From positions 160,001 to 224,000 of the forward strand of contig JAKSOL010000001.1 in the NCBI GenBank assembly GCA_024405635.1: DNA of 64,000 nt, written 5' to 3'. Position numbers and translations under genes: made by a program. Shown here in pieces: positions 17,506 through 25,377 of this stretch (within the stretch, counting starts at the first letter, position 1; the number at the start of each line of letters is the position of its first letter). Origin of the DNA: Salinivirgaceae bacterium. Lineage in GTDB: Bacteria; Bacteroidota; Bacteroidia; Bacteroidales; SZUA-534. The notes under the pieces are model-generated. The model was not told the origin of the DNA, searched no databases, and saw only the letters and a program-made list of their open reading frames with translations.

Positions 17506-20289
17506 ATGCGGTTAAGATTTTTAGTTGGAATAATTATTCTGCTTTTGTTGCCATGTGCTGTCGATGCTCAGTTTTACGATACTGGGCAAGAGCGTTTTAT
17601 GCGGCTAAACCAAATTAAAACAAACAACTTTCAAATTATATATTCAGCGGCGCACGATTCGGTGGGGCAGTTGTTTGCAAATTATCTAAACTCGGCAAGC
17701 CAACATGCTACACAAACGTTGAACATTTCTCCCAAAAGAATACCCATAACCTTACGTACAACAACCGCAATTGCAAATGGCGAAGTGGCATGGGCTCCGC
17801 GCCGAATGAATGTGTTTGTTGCTGCTCCAACGTCAACATATTCGCAACAATGGTTGCAACAATTGGCATTGCACGAGTATCGGCATGTGGTGCAAATAAG
17901 TAAAGTTGAAACCGGTAAGGTGCAATTCTTTCGTTGTCTGTTTGGCGAGCAGTTTACCGGATTGTTGTTGGGTTTGCACATTCCGTTTTGGTTTGTTGAG
18001 GGCGATGCCGTTGCTTACGAAACCGCCGCATCTGCAACTGGCCGCGGACGGTCGCCAAGGTTTACATCAAAGTTGGCGGCACAAGTTTCCAACAAGGGCA
18101 TTTATAGCTATCAAAAGGCAATGTTTGGTTCGTTTCGCGATTATGTTCCCGATAAATATTGTCTAGGTTATCAAATTGTTGCTGATGCACGAGCGCGTTA
18201 TGGAGAAAATGTTTGGCATGATGCTCTGCAGATGGTGGCCAATCACCCAATTAGTTTGCGGGCTTTTCAGCGCGGTATAAAATCAGTAACTGGACTAAAA
18301 GAAGACGAGTTATACCGCCAAAGTATGCAGCATTTGGCAATTCCAAATTGTGGCAACGTTGCTAAGCCAATTTCAACGCCACAAAGCAAAGAGTATCAAA
18401 GCTATGTTTCGCCAATGTTGAGCAATGGTAAAATAATCGCTTTGCAAAGTCAACTGTCTGATATTTCGGCATTTGTGCAAATCGATACTGCTACTCAAAC
18501 TAAAAAGCTGCTTACTTATATTGGAGCTACCGACAACATGCGATTCTCGCAAAGAGGTAATCTGCTTGTGTGGAATCAGTTTAGGTTTCGTCGTTGGGAC
18601 CACACCAATCACAGCCAAATTTGGCTATACAATATTGACAATGATAAAAAGTACATAGTAGCACGTAAAGGCAGGTATTATGGTTCGGTGTTGTCGCACG
18701 ATGCAACTCAAATAGCATCAATTCAATTGCTTGATAATCTGCAATATGCTATTACTATTTGTGACAAAACTGGCAATGGAAAAATTCAGTTGTCTGTACC
18801 TGATTTGCAACCAACCAATTTGGCTTGGACCGAGCAGGGTGAGCAAATCGCATTCATTGCAGTTGGAAATTCTGGCAAATCAATAAATGTTGTTGACATT
18901 GAAAGCAAAGCAGTTACATGCGTTGTCGATAGTATTCTTGACGATATTGATCACTTGCTTTGCTACAAAGGCCATTTGCTTTTTACTGGAACAATGAACG
19001 GAACGCCCGTTTGGTACAAAATGTCAATCAACGGATGTGATTTTCAAGTAGTTGCGCAAGGGCAATTTGAACTTGGAGCAGGTTCCGTTTGTGGCGATAC
19101 TCTTGTTTTTTCAACCTACACAGCCAATGGTTACAAACCTTGTTTGGTTAATTTAACACATTGCGATACAGTTAGTTGTGTACAATTTGCGGCAAACGAA
19201 ACTGAATTAACAAAAACCATTTCACCCCAAGAGGAACAAGTTAGTTTTAAGACTGATAGCGTTTTTGCCACAAAACCATATCGTAGGTTGGCGCATTTGT
19301 TCAACATTCACAGTTGGGGGCCAATTTCGGTTCGTGTTGATGATGAGCAGATTGGGCCGGGTGTGACATTTATGTCGCAAGATGCACTTTGTACTTCGTT
19401 TTTAACTGCTGGGTATCAACGATATATGGCCGACAAGGTTGACGATTTTTTTGTCGATTACGTATATAAAGGCTTTTTTCCGATAGTGGGAGTGCGCTAC
19501 GATTATATGATGAAACCAATGGCTGTGTCCGATAAAAAAGGTAATAATCATAACATTGATGCTAAACAAAATCAACTTGCTTGTAGGGTTGAGGTCCCTT
19601 TAGTGCTACATACTGGCGCGTATAATGTTGGGGCGCAGTTTTTAGCAGAATATCAATTTTTGAAAACTGATTTATCTGAAAATCAAATAATTAAGACGGG
19701 CATAAGTTCTATGCAAATTGCAAGGTATTCGGCTTTGTTTTATGCTCAACGCCGAATGTCGCACCGCGATTTGCAGCCTCGTTGGGGAGCGATGATGCAA
19801 AGTACGCTTATGCACAATTTGGCAAATAGGAGCAAATACCAACTATCGGCGCAATCTGTGTTTTATGCGCCTGGATTTGTGCGCAATCAAGGTTTAAAAC
19901 TTTATTTGGCGCACCAGTACGAAACGGGGGAGAATAGCTTTTTTATTAATCAAATTCGTTACCCAAATGGTTGCTTTGCTGTTAACAATACAACAATGTC
20001 AATCGTTCAACTTTCTTATGCTTTGCCCATTTGTTATCCCGACTTAAGCGTTGGCAAGTTGTTGTATGTTAAACGATTAGTGGCAGTTCCTTTTGTTGGG
20101 TATTGTGCTACAGAGTATCAACAAAAAACAAGTTGGATGGCGTCGGTTGGTAGCGATTTGACGTTTAATCTGCATGTTTATAGGTTCCCTGTGCCATTTG
20201 AGGTTGGAACGCGCGTGGCTTATAGGTTTGCCACAAACGATTATTATGTGGGACTACTATTCAGCATGAACTTATCGAGCCTTTTTTAG
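17506..20289 (+). CDS. Outer-membrane protein: zincin (peptidase MA-like) domain + TolB-like beta-propeller + C-terminal beta-barrel
   Basis: Signal peptide; ALHEYRH and PFWFVEGDAV; propeller-type repeats (LSHDATQIA, AWTEQGEQIAF); RDLQPRWG and amphipathic strands ending in Phe. Confidence 0.65.
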   Translation: MRLRFLVGIIILLLLPCAVDAQFYDTGQERFMRLNQIKTNNFQIIYSAAHDSVGQLFANYLNSASQHATQTLNISPKRIPITLRTTTAIANGEVAWAPRRMNVFVAAPTSTYSQQWLQQLALHEYRHVVQISKVETGKVQFFRCLFGEQFTGLLLGLHIPFWFVEGDAVAYETAASATGRGRSPRFTSKLAAQVSNKGIYSYQKAMFGSFRDYVPDKYCLGYQIVADARARYGENVWHDALQMVANHPISLRAFQRGIKSVTGLKEDELYRQSMQHLAIPNCGNVAKPISTPQSKEYQSYVSPMLSNGKIIALQSQLSDISAFVQIDTATQTKKLLTYIGATDNMRFSQRGNLLVWNQFRFRRWDHTNHSQIWLYNIDNDKKYIVARKGRYYGSVLSHDATQIASIQLLDNLQYAITICDKTGNGKIQLSVPDLQPTNLAWTEQGEQIAFIAVGNSGKSINVVDIESKAVTCVVDSILDDIDHLLCYKGHLLFTGTMNGTPVWYKMSINGCDFQVVAQGQFELGAGSVCGDTLVFSTYTANGYKPCLVNLTHCDTVSCVQFAANETELTKTISPQEEQVSFKTDSVFATKPYRRLAHLFNIHSWGPISVRVDDEQIGPGVTFMSQDALCTSFLTAGYQRYMADKVDDFFVDYVYKGFFPIVGVRYDYMMKPMAVSDKKGNNHNIDAKQNQLACRVEVPLVLHTGAYNVGAQFLAEYQFLKTDLSENQIIKTGISSMQIARYSALFYAQRRMSHRDLQPRWGAMMQSTLMHNLANRSKYQLSAQSVFYAPGFVRNQGLKLYLAHQYETGENSFFINQIRYPNGCFAVNNTTMSIVQLSYALPICYPDLSVGKLLYVKRLVAVPFVGYCATEYQQKTSWMASVGSDLTFNLHVYRFPVPFEVGTRVAYRFATNDYYVGLLFSMNLSSLF

Positions 20290-20310
20290 GAGAATAACTG
20301 ATAGTTGCAT

Positions 20311-20343
20311 AAAAAAAGCGGCAACCGTTTCCAGTTGCCGCTA
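20311..20343. terminator. Intrinsic terminator between convergent genes
   Basis: AAAAAAAGCGGCAAC..GTTGCCGCT hairpin. Confidence 0.7.
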
Positions 20344-20372
20344 AGCTATGTGTGAGATTTAAATGAAGACGT

Positions 20373-22253
20373 TTATTCAACTGCTACAACGTTAGTTTTT
20401 ACTGAAGTTGCAGCAACATTTGTTTGTTGTTCAACGTTTGTATCGCAAAGAAGCGAGTCGCCACCATGCAATTTCGATTTGTGGTAAAAACGCAATTCGT
20501 GTTCGGTTTGGCGGGCTTTGCTAAAGTTTTTAACGCGTTTTAGGTATCCAATTACGCGAGTTCCGTAATCAATATCGGTTGAACCACATTTGCTGCATTT
20601 TTGCAAAGTGCGTTTGTCAATGTACATGCACTTAGGGTTGTTGCAAATGGTAATTTTAATGTTGAAACAGAAGTAGTTGCATCCAGCTTTAGCGGTAGCC
20701 TCAAGTAATCGAAGGAATCCTTCTTTGGTTGGCGCTTCTTCAAGATTAAGGTGAAGAGCCGAACCGCCATCAAGATATTTTACAATGTCGCGACCATGCA
20801 AACTAATTTTGTCAAGAATGTTAATGCTTTGGTCTTCAACTGGATAGAAGTACGAATTGTAACAATTGCGTGGCGAGAACAAACCAGACTCTTTGTCCCA
20901 TTTTGCGTTTTTAACACCAAGATTTTCGGCAGGAACAAATTCGGTGTTAAACATGTATCCGTATTCTTGTTTAGCCCATTTATTGGTGTCGTAAATCACT
21001 TTCAGGTGTTTTGCAACAAAGTCTTTGTATTCTTTTGTGTTTGCAGGTCTAATGCCTTGGCTTTCAGCAGCCTCAACCATGCCGTTAATGCCAAGAGTTA
21101 GGAATTGTTTGTCAAGTGTGATGAAACCTGCAGTGTAGGCGGGTAGCAATCCGTGATCTTTGTAATGTTCAATTAGTTTGCGATAGGCAACTTGATATTT
21201 GATAATTTTCTTAACCTCAGTTTCCAAATCGCGACCTTCTTGAATCAAGCGGTTAATGTTAAGTGTGATAACATTGATTGAACCAGTTGAAACGCCGCCA
21301 GCACCAAGCGAGTAGCTAAAAGTGTTGTCGGTAAACTCGTTGCGCAAACGGCAGCACGATGCAAGGCTATCGGCATTTTCCGATTGATAAATAAAAAACG
21401 AGTTGCCTTGGCTAAGTTCGTCGGCGCACATTTCGGCAAACTCTTGGTCAACAGGTTTTCCGTCGTTAACAAGCATGGCGGCAGTAACAACAGGGAAAGT
21501 AAGCACGGCTTTTGTGCGTTCTTTGTTGAACCATTTCATAAAGTGTACTTGCAACTTTTTTATGCTGTTCCAATCGGGTTGGGTAAAGTCGGGGAACATA
21601 AACTCGCCAAAAATGCTGTTGAAGTAAACCGAGTCGAAAATTGATATGTTCCAAAACACAGATTGGTAACCGCGAGCTGCTGCTGGTTGGTTTAGTGCAT
21701 AAACAACGTGTTGCAAGTGGTTGTCAATAATGTATCGGTTGGTTTCAAGATAGTTTACACCATAGTCTTTGCGAGCAAAATAGTCAAAGTACATTAAGAA
21801 CTCAACAGTGGCCAATGCTCCTGCAAATTGTGAGCTAACAGCAAATGCAAGGTTTACAAATTCGCCGCAAAAACTCTCTAAGTGGTTTGGTGGCAAACTT
21901 TCGCCGCTCAGTTTCAACAAACCATCAAGTAGGAAAGGATACATGCTTATTGAAACGCAATAAGGTTTCAGCGACGTTTCGTCGTGAACATAAATTTCGT
22001 GCGCTTCAATTTGGCGGACGTATTCTTTTGCCAAATCCTCGCCAAACAATTCGGTAATTTTTTGCGAAACCAAATATCGGTTCACTTGAATGTTAACGTC
22101 CTTGTTCAGTTCAGCTTCAAGTGTAGCAAGGTTTTTCGACGTAACATTGGCGTTCGAGTCGAGTTTCGAGCCAGTAGAAGCGTTTTCGGCCTCTATGTAA
22201 TCGTTTATGAACCTCGCTTTTGAATCAAGCTGTTCTTTTGTTAATCTCATCAT
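20373..22253 (-). CDS. nrdD: Anaerobic (class III) ribonucleoside-triphosphate reductase
   Basis: YVHDE..KPYC, LASCCRL, EFVPAENLG, C-terminal Zn-finger Cys pairs, glycyl radical motif TRVIGYL. Confidence 0.93.
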   Translation of the reverse strand: MMRLTKEQLDSKARFINDYIEAENASTGSKLDSNANVTSKNLATLEAELNKDVNIQVNRYLVSQKITELFGEDLAKEYVRQIEAHEIYVHDETSLKPYCVSISMYPFLLDGLLKLSGESLPPNHLESFCGEFVNLAFAVSSQFAGALATVEFLMYFDYFARKDYGVNYLETNRYIIDNHLQHVVYALNQPAAARGYQSVFWNISIFDSVYFNSIFGEFMFPDFTQPDWNSIKKLQVHFMKWFNKERTKAVLTFPVVTAAMLVNDGKPVDQEFAEMCADELSQGNSFFIYQSENADSLASCCRLRNEFTDNTFSYSLGAGGVSTGSINVITLNINRLIQEGRDLETEVKKIIKYQVAYRKLIEHYKDHGLLPAYTAGFITLDKQFLTLGINGMVEAAESQGIRPANTKEYKDFVAKHLKVIYDTNKWAKQEYGYMFNTEFVPAENLGVKNAKWDKESGLFSPRNCYNSYFYPVEDQSINILDKISLHGRDIVKYLDGGSALHLNLEEAPTKEGFLRLLEATAKAGCNYFCFNIKITICNNPKCMYIDKRTLQKCSKCGSTDIDYGTRVIGYLKRVKNFSKARQTEHELRFYHKSKLHGGDSLLCDTNVEQQTNVAATSVKTNVVAVE

Positions 22254-22256
22254 AGC

Positions 22257-22706
22257 TTATGTAGTTTTTAAGAATAAATGGTTCAGTATTGTGTTGCTTT
22301 TTACTTCTATAAAACGTTGGTTAGTTGTGGGGCTTTCCAGCCCGCCCAACTCTTTAATAAACGGACCGGTTTTTAGCCACGTAAGGTTTTGTGTTATTTG
22401 CTTATCCACTTGTTCAAGCCCAGTGTAAAGGCACGTTTCAAAACCCATTTCGGTTGCTGTTTTTAGTTTGTCGGTCAGTTCGGCTCCGCACCATTCTCCG
22501 CCCATAAACAAAACGCAGTTGGCGTAGCCTTTATATTTGTTTAAAATTTCAATGTATTTGTCGTTTGTCAGCAATAGGCCGTTCTCGTCCCACAAAAAGG
22601 GCGAATGGCAACCTTGGCATCGAATGGGGCAACCCGATATTGAAAAGCAAATGCTTATTTGACCGGGAACCTCTTGCAATACAATATCTATGTCTGAACA
22701 ATACAT
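22257..22706 (-). CDS. nrdG: Class III RNR activating radical-SAM protein
   Basis: QEVPG, GCPIRCQGCHS, FMGGEW, LYTG, KTGP...LGGL.SPTTNQ. Start placed at ATG 22706. Confidence 0.92.
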   Translation of the reverse strand: MYCSDIDIVLQEVPGQISICFSISGCPIRCQGCHSPFLWDENGLLLTNDKYIEILNKYKGYANCVLFMGGEWCGAELTDKLKTATEMGFETCLYTGLEQVDKQITQNLTWLKTGPFIKELGGLESPTTNQRFIEVKSNTILNHLFLKTT

Positions 22707-23223
22707 CTTTTTTTTTGTTAACTTTTGTTCATTGTTGGCACATAACAAGGGTTTGAATTTTGTTTTCAAACTCTTTTTTGCTTTCAATTTTTAAGGTTGT
22801 TGCCAACCGATTGTTTGTTTGGTGTGCCGATTATGAAACCAATCGTCTATCACAAAAATATCAATGTCAAACTGCTATTGAATTTATAAGCTCTATTGTT
22901 ATAAACGCATTATTAACAATATGTAAAATGCAGATAATCAGATTGTTGTAAATGCAACAACTTTTTTTTAACAAAGCGCAAAATCCTATTTTTCAGAGTG
23001 TTTAACCACTATGAATTTAGGTTATTAACAAAGTGTGTTTTGTGAATAAAAGTTCACTTTTTGAACTTTTTTTCTGTTCAAAATTGAATTTTAGAAATAA
23101 CGCAACGTCAATTTTTTTAATTGACTGAAAAATGTTGAATTGAAAAAGTGAGTTTCAATTTGAAAGAAAGAAGTGCTGCCTTTTTTTTGTTGAAACGTAA
23201 AAACAGAAGGTTCTTTTTGGAGC

Positions 23224-23257
23224 AAAAAAAAGCTGCACCCAAAATTGAGTGCAGCCT
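23224..23257 (-). terminator. Intrinsic terminator of DUF975 gene
   Basis: GCTGCAC..GTGCAGC hairpin with adjacent A-run (T-run on the minus strand). Confidence 0.65.
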
Positions 23258-23283
23258 TGTGTATTAAGTTGAATAATAGTGTA

Positions 23284-23862
23284 TTACCCTTTAATTTTGT
23301 TGTAAAAATCAGCGCGAGCAGTGCACTCGTAAGGAATAAGCCACAAAAAGCCGATGCCACATGAAAGTAGGCACAAGATGATCCAACCAATGAAACTCAA
23401 ATCGAGTAGGAACAAGTCCATTTTGTGACCTCGCATCATTTCAATACTCTTGTCGATGCACTCGTTTGCTGACAACTCTGGGCAATCGTTAGCAATGTAA
23501 TATGTCATTGCGTATGCGTAACTTTTAATAATGCCAGGAATGAAAAGCAATAAGCACCAAAGAGCAGTGAAAAGTCCTATTAGCAATGAAACGCCTAACG
23601 AACGACCATAGTTACCAAATGCAATGTTGAATGTACGAGATACTGTGTCGTTTGCTGTTTTGTCTTTTGTCATTTGGTATAATGCTACGTACAAACCAAA
23701 TTGAACAGGTACTACTACCAAAAGAGTTACAATTGGTTGTAGTGGGCCTAAAATACTAGAACAAAGGCTGATAGCAGTAATTACTAATGTTGCTAAAACT
23801 GGTTGAGTCCAGTTGCCTTCCAATGTTGCAAGGGCGCTGTTTTTAATCTCTTGATTAGTCAT
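23284..23862 (-). CDS. DUF975 family membrane protein
   Basis: LW.LLLFIPGIIKSYAYAMT, S..MMRGHKMDLF.LDLSFIGW, GIGFLWL.PY, A.FY. Confidence 0.92.
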   Translation of the reverse strand: MTNQEIKNSALATLEGNWTQPVLATLVITAISLCSSILGPLQPIVTLLVVVPVQFGLYVALYQMTKDKTANDTVSRTFNIAFGNYGRSLGVSLLIGLFTALWCLLLFIPGIIKSYAYAMTYYIANDCPELSANECIDKSIEMMRGHKMDLFLLDLSFIGWIILCLLSCGIGFLWLIPYECTARADFYNKIKG

Positions 23863-24014
23863 GATAAATTGATTTTTTAGTGTTATTTTAATTAATGTGT
23901 AAATATAGACGGTTAAAATAACGAAAGGTTACAGTTTTTGTGATTTTTTTTTTGAGAGAGTAAATAGCTACTGATATTATTTAAGAAATACTTTTGCTCA
24001 TCATTTTCAAAACA

Positions 24015-25316
24015 ATGGACTACAATCAGACAATAGAATTTCTTTTTTCGCAATTAAAAGAATTTCAAGTGGTTGGAGCATCGGCATATAAGTCGGGGCT
24101 CGAAAATTCAATTGACCTTGACAACTATTTTGGGCATCAGCACCGTTTGTTTAAAACCATACACGTGGCAGGTACAAACGGCAAAGGGTCAACATCGCAC
24201 TCAATAGCGTCGGTGTTGCAGCATGCTGGCTATAAAGTAGGGCTTTACACATCGCCACACTTGCGCGATTTTCGCGAGCGCATTAGGGTTAACGGAAAAA
24301 TGGTTGACAAGCAATTTGTGGTCGATTTTGTGGCTAATCACCAAAGTATTATCCAGCAAATTCGTCCTTCGTTTTTTGAGATGACTGTGTTCATGGCATT
24401 CAACTTTTTTGCTCAGCAAAAGGTTGATGTTGCTGTGATTGAGGTTGGTTTGGGTGGCCGACTCGACTCTACAAATGTTATAACTCCAGTGCTGTCGGTT
24501 ATTACCAACATTGCGTTTGACCATGTGCAGATTTTGGGCGACACTTTGCCTAAAATTGCTGCCGAAAAGGCTGGCATTATTAAGCCTGGAGTGCCTGTTG
24601 TGGTGAGCCAAACTCAAGCCGAAACGGCCGAAGTTTTTAAATCAAAAGCTGCCGAATGTGGTTCGCCAATTGTTTTTGCTGACCAAATTTGGAGTGTGCA
24701 AAATGCCGTGCATCAGCAAAATAGGTTAGTACTGTCGGTGGGTAAAAATGAAAAGATTGAGTATGCCGATTTGCAACTTGACCTTTGTGGCAATTATCAG
24801 AAAAAAAACATATTGGGAGTGCTTGCGGCCGTTGAGCAGATGCGCAGCCAATTTGTAATATCGGATAAAGCGGTGGAGCAAGGCTTGTTGTCGGTTGCAA
24901 AAACAACAGGATTGTGTGGCCGTTGGCAAACGCTGCAAACAAACCCAACAATGGTGTGCGATACTGGTCACAACGAGGACGGAATTCGACAAGTGGTGGC
25001 TCAATTGGCTGAGCAGCAATACACTACGTTGCGCATAGTGTTTGGCGTGGTGAGCGACAAAGATCATAGCCATGTGCTTAGTTTGTTGCCCAAAGAAGCT
25101 GTATATTATTTTACTCGCGCCAACATTCCTCGCGCATTGCCTCAAGACGAACTAGCGCAAAAGGCTGCAACGTTTGGTTTACAAGGCAGCACGTATCAAA
25201 CAGTAGCCGATGCCGTGGCTGCTGCGGTTGCCGATTCTCAACCTTCTGATTTTATTTATGTTGGAGGTAGCACATTTGTGGTTGCCGATATTCCCGATAC
25301 TTATTTTGAACTATAA
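24015..25316 (+). CDS. folC: Folylpolyglutamate synthase/dihydrofolate synthase
   Basis: HVAGTNGKGS, YTSPHL, EVGLGGRLDSTN, EKAGIIK, DTGHN. The -7 box at 23989-23996 favours ATG 24015. Confidence 0.95.
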   Translation: MDYNQTIEFLFSQLKEFQVVGASAYKSGLENSIDLDNYFGHQHRLFKTIHVAGTNGKGSTSHSIASVLQHAGYKVGLYTSPHLRDFRERIRVNGKMVDKQFVVDFVANHQSIIQQIRPSFFEMTVFMAFNFFAQQKVDVAVIEVGLGGRLDSTNVITPVLSVITNIAFDHVQILGDTLPKIAAEKAGIIKPGVPVVVSQTQAETAEVFKSKAAECGSPIVFADQIWSVQNAVHQQNRLVLSVGKNEKIEYADLQLDLCGNYQKKNILGVLAAVEQMRSQFVISDKAVEQGLLSVAKTTGLCGRWQTLQTNPTMVCDTGHNEDGIRQVVAQLAEQQYTTLRIVFGVVSDKDHSHVLSLLPKEAVYYFTRANIPRALPQDELAQKAATFGLQGSTYQTVADAVAAAVADSQPSDFIYVGGSTFVVADIPDTYFEL

Positions 25317-25318
25317 AC

Positions 25319-25351
25319 TAAAACAGCCCGACATTTTGCCGGGCTGTTTTG
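25319..25351. terminator. Bidirectional intrinsic terminator
   Basis: AAAACAGCCCG..CGGGCTGTTTT. Confidence 0.75.
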
Positions 25352-25377
25352 TTGTTTGAGTTTTCTCTTAAACCGAA

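Noticed and set aside
22708-22716. A9 run (minus strand) before the nrdG start, and the T10 run at 23944-23953, as phase-variable tracts
   Set aside because: A/T runs are common in these AT-rich intergenic regions, and A-rich leaders are normal for Bacteroidota initiation.
22860-23280. Cobalamin riboswitch or small gene upstream of nrdG
   Set aside because: Very AT-rich with no B12-box-like sequence; the 23091-23390 ORF is low-complexity and overlaps DUF975.
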